64,000 nt of DNA from Candidatus Micrarchaeaceae archaeon (GCA_038878295.1 JAVZVY010000001.1:42163-106162), one strand, 5' to 3'; positions 9,685-19,403 are shown, counted from the first letter of the stretch. Numbers and translations: made by a program. Notes: a model not told the origin generated them from the letters alone.

Positions 9685-9711
9685 GTATCAATAATTAATA
9701 ACGGTGATTAT

Positions 9712-10308
9712 ATGCAGAGTCTTTTGGAAATAAATTCTGAAGCACCAGAGATAAGGGCCAACGCATGGTTTCCGGAAACGCATGAAATAAAGGAGTTCAG
9801 GCTCAGTAGCAAGCGCGGCAAGTGGGTAGTGCTTACTTTCTACCCAGGCGATTTCACGTTCGTCTGCGCGACAGATATTGAAGCTTTCATGGAAAAACAT
9901 GATGAATTCAAAAAGAATGGCGCAGAGATATACGGTATAAGCACTGATAGCGTGTATTCGCACAAGGCTTGGAGCGAAACTTCGCCAAGGGTAAAGAAAA
10001 GCGTAATACCGCTTATAGAAGACTTCACCAAGAAGATTGCATCTGATTATGGTTTCCTAAATGCGGAAACCGGAGCCGCAAGAAGAGGCACAGTAATAAT
10101 AGATCCTGAGGGAAAAGTACAGTACGTATCGATACACAATGACGCACTTGGAAAAGACGCAGAACACATCTACACCGCATTTATGGGCCTCAAGTATGTG
10201 CATGACACAAAGACAAAAGATGGGCACATGTGCGGCATACCTGCAAACTGGCGCGTTGGCAAAAAGGCACTCGACATAGATATAGTCAACGACATAGGCA
10301 AGCTCTGA
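9712..10308 (+). CDS. Peroxiredoxin (AhpC/TSA family)
   Basis: 198 aa. Peroxidatic-Cys motif FYPGDFTFVCATD. Typical Prx spacing follows (STDSVYSHKAW, RGTVIIDPEG). Confidence 0.88.
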   Translation: MQSLLEINSEAPEIRANAWFPETHEIKEFRLSSKRGKWVVLTFYPGDFTFVCATDIEAFMEKHDEFKKNGAEIYGISTDSVYSHKAWSETSPRVKKSVIPLIEDFTKKIASDYGFLNAETGAARRGTVIIDPEGKVQYVSIHNDALGKDAEHIYTAFMGLKYVHDTKTKDGHMCGIPANWRVGKKALDIDIVNDIGKL

Positions 10309-10406
10309 TTTGCATGCCTTTCATGAATTCGTTATGGGCAGAGCGGAAGCTATACAAAATAAGAACGAAAACAAAATAAAAGAAATCAACCGCCCAGAAA
10401 GTAGGG

Positions 10407-10751
10407 TTATGCTTCTGCGCCTTCGTCTGCGCTTTCGCCAGAACCAGAAGGCTCAGGATTCGATTCAGAGCTGGCTGCAGACGACGCTTCGCCTATCTTT
10501 TCGCCGGTTGCATATCGAGCCCTGACGTCAGTTATCTTTATCCTTACCTTGTCGCCCTGCTTGGCCCCGCTTACAAAAATCACGAAGCCGTCTTTCTTCG
10601 CTATTCCGTCGCCTTTGGATGCGACAGCATCTATGGTCACATCCAGTACGTCTCCAACCTTCACAGGTTTAGGCAGAAAATAGTTCGGTTTTATGTCGCG
10701 ACCTTCCCTATTGCCTCTGCCTTCTCTTCCATATCCTCTTCTGTCATCCAT
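10407..10751 (-). CDS. TRAM-domain protein with RG-rich N-terminus and acidic tail
   Basis: 114 aa. TRAM core VGDVLDVTIDAVASKGDGIAKKDGFVIFVSGAKQGDKVRIKITDVRARYATGE. N-terminal RRGYGREGRGNREGR. C-terminal S/E/A-rich tail. Confidence 0.75.
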   Translation of the reverse strand: MDDRRGYGREGRGNREGRDIKPNYFLPKPVKVGDVLDVTIDAVASKGDGIAKKDGFVIFVSGAKQGDKVRIKITDVRARYATGEKIGEASSAASSESNPEPSGSGESADEGAEA

Positions 10752-10917
10752 ATACTTTCCTCCGTAGGATTAGCGTTTTACGCCTTACTACTTGATAGTA
10801 TTAGCAAGCTATTACTTTATAAGTGTTTGCTTTTGCCACAACGAGGAATGATTTTGCACAACGCAAAGTGCAGAAAAATATATAAAGGACAACGCATTAA
10901 TTTGATAGTGTGGTATA

Positions 10918-11232
10918 ATGAGCTATGCCATCTTGGAGAGGGACCTGGATGAGAATAAGGACCCAAAGAATGCAGTAGAAAGCTTTGCGATAGCACTTGA
11001 AGAGGCAAGTGGAGAAATTAGAATGGGGTCTACGCCGCACTGGGAACTCAGAAGTCTCATAGAAAATATAGAAAAAGAATACTATGCCGCCGAAACTTCA
11101 TTTGATTATTATAACCTTTTAGAGAACATAAAGTTGGACCTCAGTAATTTCAGGAAAAGGCATCCGAAGGAAGCAGAGCAGCTTGACAATTTCCTTAAGG
11201 GGCAGGGCTTAGAATCTGTAATAAGATATTGA
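10918..11232 (+). CDS. Hypothetical protein (104 aa, acidic, helical)
   Basis: ATG ORF filling the gap between flanking genes. No motif recognised. Confidence 0.4.
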   Translation: MSYAILERDLDENKDPKNAVESFAIALEEASGEIRMGSTPHWELRSLIENIEKEYYAAETSFDYYNLLENIKLDLSNFRKRHPKEAEQLDNFLKGQGLESVIRY

Positions 11233-11235
11233 TTG

Positions 11236-11877
11236 CTAAAGTGCTTTTCTTAATTCTTCAAGGCTATCAAAAATAAAGTCTGGTTTAGCTTTTTTTAAGC
11301 TAGTTCGATTTGACATTCCGCCCAGCACAGCGCAAGATGTAATGCCGGCAAACTTTGCAGTAAAGACATCGACCGGCATGTCGCCTATGTAGATGCTTTT
11401 GCTCTTTTCCGATTTAAGTGACCTGACTATGGTGTTTAGCCCGTCTGGATAGGGCTTAAATGCGTTTATTTCATCTGCCGAAATTAAAAAATCTATATAG
11501 TCGGCCATGCCGAGCATTCTCAGTTCCCTAATCAGTCTGTATCTCTTGCCATCAGAAAATATGGCTATTTGCTTTCTTTTGCTTCTGAGGTATTGCAGCA
11601 ATTCTATGGCTCCTTCGCGTGGCTTTGGTTTGCCAAAAACAAGGTATATGCTGTATAGGAACTCGTACACCACACTCCAGTGAATTTCGTTCTCTTCTGC
11701 ATTGCGCATTATTCTAGATTCGCTCATAGAACTTTTAGTATATTCATTAGCATGGGCTGTTATGTAGTCAGCACCGTAGCGCCTTTTGAAAAATCTTGAA
11801 ATGCGCACTAGGAATGTTGATGTTGAGAGGGTTCCATCCCAGTCAAATATAAATGTTCTGTAATCAGAGATTTGCAT
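11236..11877 (-). CDS. HAD-superfamily hydrolase
   Basis: 213 aa. Motif I FIFDWDGTLS, motif IV IYIGDMPVD. Confidence 0.75.
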   Translation of the reverse strand: MQISDYRTFIFDWDGTLSTSTFLVRISRFFKRRYGADYITAHANEYTKSSMSESRIMRNAEENEIHWSVVYEFLYSIYLVFGKPKPREGAIELLQYLRSKRKQIAIFSDGKRYRLIRELRMLGMADYIDFLISADEINAFKPYPDGLNTIVRSLKSEKSKSIYIGDMPVDVFTAKFAGITSCAVLGGMSNRTSLKKAKPDFIFDSLEELRKAL

Positions 11878-11968
11878 AGGATTAATAACTTTATCAACAA
11901 ATAAAAGAATATATGATGAAAAATAATAATCGCTGAGCTATTCGCTGTGAAGAAAGATAGGCGGTCTG

Positions 11969-12835
11969 ATGTATTTGAAAGAAAGCGTCATGCATAAGCT
12001 AGGAAAACGTGCTATATCTGTGAGCGATATCGCCAGCCAGTTCTGGTGCGAGAAGCAAATGGAATTAAACTACATGTATGGCAAAAGGTATACTGAAGCA
12101 ATGGCTATGGGGAGCAAAATCCACGGAGAGCTCGAAGAGGCCGCGCATGAGAAGCTTGATGCGGAACCGAAGACATTTACAGATTCTTTATACAAATCTG
12201 CATATGAAAACTACTCAGTAATAAGAAAACTTGTGGAGATTGGCGTCGGAAGGGAATTGAAAATTTTTGGATCTATAAATGGTTACGCACTCTCAGGCCA
12301 GATAGACGAGCTTCTTCTTAAAAACGGAAAAATTACAGTGGTCGAAAACAAGACCACATCATCTCAAGGCTCTCCTGAGTATGCGTATATTAAATCGCAC
12401 AAGGTGCAGGTCCTTCTCTATGTAAAGATGCTCGACGATATAAAAAGCGGCAAATATAGTTATGATAACTTTTCTGCAAGCTATAACATTGCAGAGAGGA
12501 AATTGTCAAAAGAATTTTCGTCAAGATTAAATGAGCTCGGAATCAGCACCGAAAAAGCAAGCATTGAGGATGTGTTCAAGAGGATGTTCGATTCCATATT
12601 GCAGCTTCCGGAAATAAGTAAGAGCACAGAATTGCATTACATTGATAAGGTCACACATAAGCAGGTCTATTCAATCGGAATAGATTACAAAGAGGATGAA
12701 GTTAGGAATATGCTTGTATATTCGATGAAGTACTGGAATGGGGAAAGAGAGGCAAAACCTGTAGATGAAGAAGAAAAATGGAAGTGCACTTCTTGCAGGT
12801 TTTTCGGCAAGGAATGTAAGGTATGGTGGTCATAA
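11969..12835 (+). CDS. Stand-alone Cas4-like PD-(D/E)xK nuclease with 4-Cys cluster (DUF83-like)
   Basis: 288 aa. N-terminal Cys (SQFWCEKQ). Nuclease core GQIDEL...VVENKT (D..ExK). QxxxY motif (VQVLLY). C-terminal CTSCRFFGKEC. The stop TAA is directly followed by the alaS ATG. Confidence 0.7.
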   Translation: MYLKESVMHKLGKRAISVSDIASQFWCEKQMELNYMYGKRYTEAMAMGSKIHGELEEAAHEKLDAEPKTFTDSLYKSAYENYSVIRKLVEIGVGRELKIFGSINGYALSGQIDELLLKNGKITVVENKTTSSQGSPEYAYIKSHKVQVLLYVKMLDDIKSGKYSYDNFSASYNIAERKLSKEFSSRLNELGISTEKASIEDVFKRMFDSILQLPEISKSTELHYIDKVTHKQVYSIGIDYKEDEVRNMLVYSMKYWNGEREAKPVDEEEKWKCTSCRFFGKECKVWWS

Positions 12836-15514
12836 ATGGTATTGGAGGAAATTAAACTGAGTAAGGAAGCGCTTGCAGAAAAATTCTCAAAAGACTACAA
12901 AAGATATTATCATGTTGAACTTTTTGATAAAAAGGGATTCACTAGGCACAAATGTAGGATATGTGGCAGCTATTTTTGGAGCATAGAAGATAGGGATGTG
13001 TGCGAAAAACCAGAGCATACAAAATACGGCTTTTTCAGAGACAAACCAAGAAGCATAAGTTATACAGATTTCTGGAAACGCTTTGCAGACTTCTTCAAGA
13101 GCAACGGCCATAGCGTCATAAATAGGTATCCAGTAGTGAGCAGGTGGAGGCCCGATCTTTACTTTACTATAGCAGATGTGCAAGACTTTCAGAGACTTGA
13201 AAATGGGCATATAAGCTTCGAATACCCTGCTAACCCGTTGGTTGTGCCGCAGATATGCTTGCGTTTTACTGACATAGAGAATGTTGGCGTTACCGGAAGG
13301 CATTTCACTGGGTTCATGATGGCTGGCCAAAAGGCCTTCAATTATCCTAAGGAAGGTTATTGGCGAGACAGGACCATAGAATTAAATTTTGAATTCCTTA
13401 CCAAGGTTTTAGGCATCGACGAAAATGATATAGTATATAGCGAAGACGCCTGGGCTATGGGCGACTTCTCTGAATTCGGGCCATGCCTAGAAAGCTATTC
13501 AAAAGGGCTTGAGCTGGTAAACAACGTATTCACAGAATTCGAGTATTCAAACGGTAAAATAAGCGAACTCGAAGGCAAAGTGGTTGACGTGGGCTGGGGT
13601 TTTGAGAGACTGCTTTGGTATTACACTGGCCTTGACAATGCATATGAAGCCACATTTGCTAATGTGCTCAGAAAAATAAGAGGCGGGTCTAGCGTAGACT
13701 TTGATACCGCACTGTTTAGGAGGTTTGCCGCAGTGTCAGGGGAATTTGATGTGACTGAAATGAAGAATCCATCAGAAATCGAGAATAAGATATTGAAAAA
13801 TTCCGGAATTACAAAATCAGAATACGAAAATAAAATAAAACCTATGCAAGCAACATATGCTATTTTAGACCATATCCGCACACTGTTGTTTGCAATTACT
13901 GACAGTGCGCTTCCATCTAATATGGGAGGAGGCTATAATCTTAGGGTAATACTGCGCAGAGCTCTTTCGTTCGCAGAGAAATACAAACTGAAACTTGATT
14001 TTAATGAAATAGCTGAGCTAATTGCAAGCGACATGAAGCCGCTTTATCCAGAACTTTCTGAAAGTCTCGATACTTTTGACAAAGTCATTGCGATAGAAAA
14101 GGATAGATACAGCAAAAGCATTGCAAACGCTACGCAAATTGCTGAGCGCATAATCTCTTCTAGCAAAAGCGTGTCTGCTAAGGAGCTCAAAACTCTTTAT
14201 GAAAGCAATGGCGTGACTCCCGAAATGTTAAGCGAAATAGCTGCAAAGAAAGGTGCAACTATTAATATTCCCGAAGGCGCTTACAAAGATATACTCGAAG
14301 GCGATTTCGCGAAGCCTGAAAAAAGAGAAAGGATTGAAATAGAGCTTCCGAAACTACCTAAAACAGAAAAACTGTACTACAGCTTCGCAACGAAAGCAAA
14401 AGCGAAAGTGCTGTTTGTAAAGGGCAAGTACATAGTGCTTGACAAGACGCCATTTTACCCTGAGGGAGGTGGGCAGGCAGCTGATACAGGATTTATAGAT
14501 GATATAAAAATTGATGACGTACAGAAAATCAATGATGTGATAGTGCATGTTGCAAATGAGGATGTTGAAAACAAACTCCGCGCCGGAGCACTTGTTAGTG
14601 CAAGCGTGAATGAAGAAAGAAGAAATAGGCTTATTGCACATCATACTGCGACTCATCTCATTAGCGCGGCTGCGAGGGCTGTTCTTGGAAAACACGCATG
14701 GCAGGAAGGTGCAAGAAAGGACCCAGAAAAAGCGCATATAGACATAGCTCATTATGATAAGCTCACAGAAAAAGAAATAGAGAGTATAGAAACAATGGTA
14801 AATAATCAACTAAGGGACGGCATAACAGTAGAAGCAACCGAAATGGAGCGAGGAGAGGCCGAGAGCAAATATGGTTTTGCGATATACCAAGGTCACGGAG
14901 TACCATCTAAGATAATGAGAATAATAACTATCAGATCAAAAGACGGCTCGCTTATAGACGCAGAGGCATGCGGGGGATTGCACGCTGTTGGGCGCGAAAA
15001 TTTAATACGCATTGTAAAGATAATAGATTCGTATAGGATACACGATGGCGTCGACAGGATAGTCTTTGTCGCTGGCGATGCCGCATTGGATTACTTTAGG
15101 AAAGAGCACAAAGAGCTTGGGCGGATAGCGGAATCCTTAAATTCTGAATTGGGAAATGCTTATGACGCTCTTGAAAGGTTACAGAAATATGCGCTAGAGC
15201 TGCGTAAGAACAATGAAAGTTACAAAGAGATTATAGGAAACGAATTCGGCGCGTTGCTTGCTGAGAAGAGCATATCAGGCGTTGAGAGGGAGTTTAAAAG
15301 GATGCCTGTTGACATGATGAGGAAGATTGCCTCAGGTTATATATCGCTCAATCCCAAAGGGTACATACTGCTAAGCAATTCTGATGGCGGTGTAGTCTGC
15401 ATGAGTGGCAAGGATTCTGAAACAAATGCGCTCGAATTGCTTAGGAAGAAATTTGGAAGCAAGTTCAGAGGAGGCGGCTCAAAGTCGCTTGCAGAAGGTC
15501 GTATAGAAAGGTGA
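12836..15514 (+). CDS. alaS: Alanine--tRNA ligase (archaeal type)
   Basis: 892 aa. Archaeal AlaRS N-terminal zinc-like CRICGSYFW. Editing-domain HHTATHL...CGGLH motifs. Length typical of archaeal AlaRS. Confidence 0.95.
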   Translation: MVLEEIKLSKEALAEKFSKDYKRYYHVELFDKKGFTRHKCRICGSYFWSIEDRDVCEKPEHTKYGFFRDKPRSISYTDFWKRFADFFKSNGHSVINRYPVVSRWRPDLYFTIADVQDFQRLENGHISFEYPANPLVVPQICLRFTDIENVGVTGRHFTGFMMAGQKAFNYPKEGYWRDRTIELNFEFLTKVLGIDENDIVYSEDAWAMGDFSEFGPCLESYSKGLELVNNVFTEFEYSNGKISELEGKVVDVGWGFERLLWYYTGLDNAYEATFANVLRKIRGGSSVDFDTALFRRFAAVSGEFDVTEMKNPSEIENKILKNSGITKSEYENKIKPMQATYAILDHIRTLLFAITDSALPSNMGGGYNLRVILRRALSFAEKYKLKLDFNEIAELIASDMKPLYPELSESLDTFDKVIAIEKDRYSKSIANATQIAERIISSSKSVSAKELKTLYESNGVTPEMLSEIAAKKGATINIPEGAYKDILEGDFAKPEKRERIEIELPKLPKTEKLYYSFATKAKAKVLFVKGKYIVLDKTPFYPEGGGQAADTGFIDDIKIDDVQKINDVIVHVANEDVENKLRAGALVSASVNEERRNRLIAHHTATHLISAAARAVLGKHAWQEGARKDPEKAHIDIAHYDKLTEKEIESIETMVNNQLRDGITVEATEMERGEAESKYGFAIYQGHGVPSKIMRIITIRSKDGSLIDAEACGGLHAVGRENLIRIVKIIDSYRIHDGVDRIVFVAGDAALDYFRKEHKELGRIAESLNSELGNAYDALERLQKYALELRKNNESYKEIIGNEFGALLAEKSISGVEREFKRMPVDMMRKIASGYISLNPKGYILLSNSDGGVVCMSGKDSETNALELLRKKFGSKFRGGGSKSLAEGRIER

Positions 15515-15518
15515 TCTC

Positions 15519-16070
15519 ATGGCTTACTATACTAGGAAGGGCGATAATGGCAATTCTTCAACGATCTCGTTTGCTAACATTCCGAAAAGCGATCCTATTT
15601 TCGATGCTATAGGCAATGTTGATGAGCTCAACAGCGCCATAGGAATCACTATTTCACATATAAGAGATGATACGCTTAAAGGAATGCTTGAAGATGTTCA
15701 AAACGACCTTTTTATTTTAGGCGCTGAACTCGCATCGCTAAAAAATACAGCGATTCCCATAAAGGCTAAAGTAAGCGATAAAATGACAGAAAAGCTGGAA
15801 GCTGAAATAGAAAGGCTCTCAGCAAACCTTCCAGAGCTTAAAGAGTTTGTGATTCCAGGCGGAACTGAAGGAGCAGCATACTTGCAGTTTGCCAGGTCCT
15901 TAGCGAGAAGGGCAGAGCGCAGCATAGTTGCGGCTTCAGCAAAGTACGAAATAGGGGCCGCAATCAAAAAATATGCGAATAGGCTCTCAACTTTGCTCTT
16001 TGTCGCAGCCTTGTACGTAAACTTCCAGGAAAAAACTGCAGAAAGGCATCCTAAATATGGCGAATCCTGA
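15519..16070 (+). CDS. PduO-type ATP:cob(I)alamin adenosyltransferase
   Basis: 183 aa. N-terminal YTRKGDNGNSS, followed by DAIGNVDELNSAIG and IPGGTEGAAYLQFARSLARRAER. Confidence 0.8.
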   Translation: MAYYTRKGDNGNSSTISFANIPKSDPIFDAIGNVDELNSAIGITISHIRDDTLKGMLEDVQNDLFILGAELASLKNTAIPIKAKVSDKMTEKLEAEIERLSANLPELKEFVIPGGTEGAAYLQFARSLARRAERSIVAASAKYEIGAAIKKYANRLSTLLFVAALYVNFQEKTAERHPKYGES

Positions 16071-16071
16071 A

Positions 16072-16530
16072 TCACGCGTTAAAGTATTCTCTGAATTTTG
16101 TTGTTATGTAAAGCTTCTTACTTCTTCCACTCCTTTTTGATGAAAGAAATTCCTTTTCCAAGAGTTCTTTAACATATGCGTATGTTGTTTCACCAAAAAT
16201 TTTTACTATATTGCTCTGCAGCTCTCCATCGTTCTTGCTTATATATGCTAGGATTCTAAGCGCGCCTTTTGTTATATCCGGGCCTGCAGCCAATTTGCTG
16301 ACCATCGAAGCATACGGCTCTTTGACATTTATAGTGTATTTGCCTCCTATCTCTGAGATTTCAAGTGGCGTATTCCTTGTGGAAAACTCGCTAACCAGCT
16401 CTTTGAGAAGAGACTCAACATAACCTGGAGAGGCGATGCCTGTTATATCAGACAATTCTTTTATACTCAATGGATTCTGCGACATAAAAAGTGCGGCTTC
16501 GATTAGCTTCTTGTAATCAATGCTTTCCAT
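16072..16530 (-). CDS. scpB: Segregation and condensation protein B
   Basis: 152 aa. ScpB-type N-terminus IEAALFMSQNPLSIKELSDITG and a second wHTH (GALRILAYISKN). Sits 4 nt downstream of scpA. Confidence 0.8.
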   Translation of the reverse strand: MESIDYKKLIEAALFMSQNPLSIKELSDITGIASPGYVESLLKELVSEFSTRNTPLEISEIGGKYTINVKEPYASMVSKLAAGPDITKGALRILAYISKNDGELQSNIVKIFGETTYAYVKELLEKEFLSSKRSGRSKKLYITTKFREYFNA

Positions 16531-16534
16531 CCCA

Positions 16535-17248
16535 TCAGCTATTAAGCATTATGAATATCTCGCCAAAAAATTTCTCCTGAGTCATGATTATTTTGTTTCT
16601 GCTAGCGAGGAACAACAGTGGGACGAATATCTCTAGCATAAAGTCCTTACCGCTTAGAATGTTAATCAGCCTGCTGAATGTAAGCATCTTCTCCTTGTCG
16701 ACATTGCGAACTATCAGAGCGTATAGTTCTTCTATTGTTTCTTCTATATTGAAGGCATTTAACTGGATTGGGATACTTACAGAGGTCGCATGCATCTGCG
16801 TCTCTTTTATGTGCTTAAGCTGCATTGCTTCGTCAAGCGCTTCCAACAGCTCCTGCAGCGTCACCCGTCTCTTGATGGGCAGTCTAAGCCTAGGCACAAG
16901 CTCGTATGTTGGCATTTGGCGCTGGATGGTACCCGTTTCATCTGCAGCTTCAACCTTTTCTTCTTCTAATTCTATTGTTTCACTTTTGAATCTTAGTAGA
17001 ATCGATGCGGCAAGTATTATGTTTGCGGGCATACGCAAATCCAATATTTTCATAAGCTTTATTTCTTCAATGTATTTGTCAACTATTTCTACTATGTCTA
17101 TATTCCATGGGTCTATCTTGTTCTTTCGCACCAAGTCTATCAGGATATCTTTCCAGGTGACCTCTCTTATTAGGCCTTCGAGGTCTATGCTGCCGCCATT
17201 GTTGCCCATAGCTACTGTTTGCGCAAATGCATTTTCACCAGTCGCCAT
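16535..17248 (-). CDS. scpA: Segregation and condensation protein A (kleisin)
   Basis: 237 aa. N-terminal DLVRKNKIDPWNIDIVEIVDKY and C-terminal winged-helix-like FVPLLFLA. No smc gene in the window. Confidence 0.8.
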   Translation of the reverse strand: MATGENAFAQTVAMGNNGGSIDLEGLIREVTWKDILIDLVRKNKIDPWNIDIVEIVDKYIEEIKLMKILDLRMPANIILAASILLRFKSETIELEEEKVEAADETGTIQRQMPTYELVPRLRLPIKRRVTLQELLEALDEAMQLKHIKETQMHATSVSIPIQLNAFNIEETIEELYALIVRNVDKEKMLTFSRLINILSGKDFMLEIFVPLLFLASRNKIIMTQEKFFGEIFIMLNS

Positions 17249-17310
17249 GATATTATTTTGTTAAGAAGTAATAAATAACTTACTAGCCAATATAATCTGC
17301 GGGGGTCTTT

Positions 17311-18459
17311 TTGTATATAAGAGATCCGCTTCTTGGCAACATAATCCTCACAAACTTAGAGAAAGAGATAATTTCGACCAAATACATGCAAAGGCTGAAC
17401 TACGTAAGGCAGTTAGGTTTTGTTTATCTTGTATATCCTAGTGCAAACAATTCAAGATTTGAGCATTCCCTAGGCACCATGCAGATAACTAAGGAGATAG
17501 CGAAAAATGTTTTTAAAAGAATATCGAGCGACGAGCTTGAGGAGCTCGCATGCGGAGCACTCTTGCATGATATAGGACACGGCCCTTTCTCACACGTGCT
17601 TGATGAAGCTGTAAAAAAATACCTTAAGAAGGACCATGTCGATATAGGTGAGGAGATTGTAGAGAACACAGAGATTGGGGAGATGATTGAGAAAAAGGGA
17701 TTGTCAATAAGAGAAGTGGTGCGTAGCATGCATGGCTTAGGGCGTGGTGGTATAATAGGAGGCAGCCTAGGTTCAGACAGGATAGATTACTTGCTTAGAG
17801 ATTCTTATCATATTGGCGTTGCATACGGCGTTATAGATTATAACAGGATAAAAAACAAGATAGCTTTCGATAAGGAGCCCGTAATATACGAAGAGGCAAT
17901 AGAGGGAGCAGAATCGATGCTAATAGCGAGGTACTTCATGTTTACGTCTGTGTATAATCACCATACCTCTGTTATAGCTAGCGAGATGTTCAAGAAAGCA
18001 CTTGATGGTGCGATAACCGCGGGCGAGTTTGACCCCAAGGAGCTGAGCATGCTAACAGATTATCAGCTCATGTACAGGCTTTCGCAATACAAAGAATCAA
18101 GGGATATAATAGCAAGAATAAACGAGAGACGCCTTTTCAAAAGGGTAATCTACAAAGATATAAGTGGAATTAAAAACCCTAAGAGTCTGCTCAATGAAGT
18201 TGCAGAAGAACTTGAAAGCGGAGGGATAGGGCAGGAGGATTTCGTGACAACGCTAGTAGAATACAAAAGCAATGACAATGACATGCCTGTGATAGACAAG
18301 AAAGGCAAGAAGATAGGCATGCTTAGCGAAATGTCACCGCTTGTAAACACGCTTATAGGCATGCTCAACAATAGAAAGAAGATGCTGGTTGCAAGCTCCC
18401 CAGAAACCAGAAAAAAAGCTGAGCGCATAGCCAGCAAGATTGTTGATATTTCAAAGTGA
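17311..18459 (+). CDS. HD-domain phosphohydrolase (dNTP triphosphohydrolase/SAMHD1-like)
   Basis: 382 aa. RFEHSLGT, LLHDIGHGPFSH, DRIDYLLRDSYHIGV. Confidence 0.8.
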   Translation: MYIRDPLLGNIILTNLEKEIISTKYMQRLNYVRQLGFVYLVYPSANNSRFEHSLGTMQITKEIAKNVFKRISSDELEELACGALLHDIGHGPFSHVLDEAVKKYLKKDHVDIGEEIVENTEIGEMIEKKGLSIREVVRSMHGLGRGGIIGGSLGSDRIDYLLRDSYHIGVAYGVIDYNRIKNKIAFDKEPVIYEEAIEGAESMLIARYFMFTSVYNHHTSVIASEMFKKALDGAITAGEFDPKELSMLTDYQLMYRLSQYKESRDIIARINERRLFKRVIYKDISGIKNPKSLLNEVAEELESGGIGQEDFVTTLVEYKSNDNDMPVIDKKGKKIGMLSEMSPLVNTLIGMLNNRKKMLVASSPETRKKAERIASKIVDISK

Positions 18460-19203
18460 CTTTTTATAGCTTTTAATCAGAAATTCGCTCTCTTTGCTGT
18501 GCGGCATTCTGGAGATTATCCTTTCGAGCATTGTGTCTTTGCTCAGATTTTTCAGGCATAAGAGTATCATGTTGCTAACCGTAGGTATATAGATTGTATG
18601 CATTTCAAATGCTTCTGACAAGTCCTGCTCGAATTTTATGAATTGGCTATCAAACGCTGAGCCTATAGCATTTATGGCAAGAACGCCTGAATTTTTTATG
18701 GCTTTGTATGATAGGTCTATGAATTCATTTGTTAAGAATTTTGATGGGATAGAACTGCCTTCGTAAGCGTCAAGTATTATTATATCGTAGACGCTGCTAA
18801 CTGAAGCAACGTAGTCATAGCCGTCTTTATTTATGATGTTGGCGCTTAATTCAGGGTAGAATTGCCTTGCCATTTCTATCACATCTTCGTGCAATTCTAC
18901 CACATCTATCTCTACGCTGCCTTTTAGAAAATGGTCAAATTGGTATGGAATTGTGCCCCCACCAAGGCCTATTATAAGAACCTTTGGCCTTTCAAATGCA
19001 TATGCTATAGGGAGAAAGTAGTCCCAATAACTGTGCGTAAAAACAGTACCTTTTCTGATTCTCGAGTATACGTTACCATTATACAGGAATTCTTTCTCTT
19101 TTGTTATAATGTTTTCTCTTATCATGATGTTATGATTGTAGCTGTGGTTTGAAGCTATTATTTTGTAGCCTAGCAGTTGCATCACTTTGTCTTTTATTCC
19201 CAT
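18451..19203 (-). CDS. Spermidine-synthase-like SAM-dependent transferase
   Basis: 250 aa. Rossmann motif VLIIGLGGGT, EIDVVELHEDVIEMAR, YDIIILDAY. The 3' end overlaps the HD gene by 9 nt (convergent). Confidence 0.6.
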   Translation of the reverse strand: MGIKDKVMQLLGYKIIASNHSYNHNIMIRENIITKEKEFLYNGNVYSRIRKGTVFTHSYWDYFLPIAYAFERPKVLIIGLGGGTIPYQFDHFLKGSVEIDVVELHEDVIEMARQFYPELSANIINKDGYDYVASVSSVYDIIILDAYEGSSIPSKFLTNEFIDLSYKAIKNSGVLAINAIGSAFDSQFIKFEQDLSEAFEMHTIYIPTVSNMILLCLKNLSKDTMLERIISRMPHSKESEFLIKSYKKSL

Positions 19204-19219
19204 ACCATCATTCTGCAGG

Positions 19220-19343
19220 CGCCAGGGTTGGGATTTGAACCCAAAATTCCGCGAGGAAACCGGTTTACCTTTTGCATCACTGATCAGCTCTTGAAGCTTT
19301 GCAAGCTCAAGACCGGCGCATTACCGGATTCTGCCACCCTGGC
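19220..19343 (-). tRNA. tRNA-Ser(UGA) with a 40-nt canonical (37/38) intron
   Basis: Minus strand. Acceptor GCCAGGG/CCCTGGC. Anticodon stem CCGGT/ACCGG, loop CTTGAG|..|A (anticodon TGA at 19309..19307). Long variable arm TTCC-TCGC-GGAA. T-arm TTGGG-TTCAAAT-CCCAA. Discriminator G. Confidence 0.85.
19266..19305 (-). other. tRNA-Ser intron (40 nt) with bulge-helix-bulge
   Basis: Intron CTTGCAAAGCTTCAAGAGCTGATCAGTGATGCAAAAGGTA. The inner helix TTGCA/TGCAA is 5 bp. The central helix (loop nt CTTG with intron AAGG) pairs 3 of 4 positions. The 3-nt bulges are AGC and TAA. Confidence 0.7.
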
Positions 19344-19403
19344 ATGGTAAATAAGGTGCAATTAAGATATAAAACTCTAACTAATGCGCAGACATACAAA
19401 GAA

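Noticed and set aside
16584-17264. 226-aa plus-strand ORF, the longest of many antisense ORFs in the track (others include 2874..3698, 6939..7526, 37558..38082, 42134..42583, 48085..48582)
   Set aside because: It lies entirely antisense to scpA, which has clear family motifs. Its translation is low-complexity and Ser/Ile/Leu-rich, as expected for the reverse frame of an AT-rich gene. The same reasoning applies to the other antisense ORFs opposite polB, polC, nuoD, the EF-Tu-like gene and srp54.
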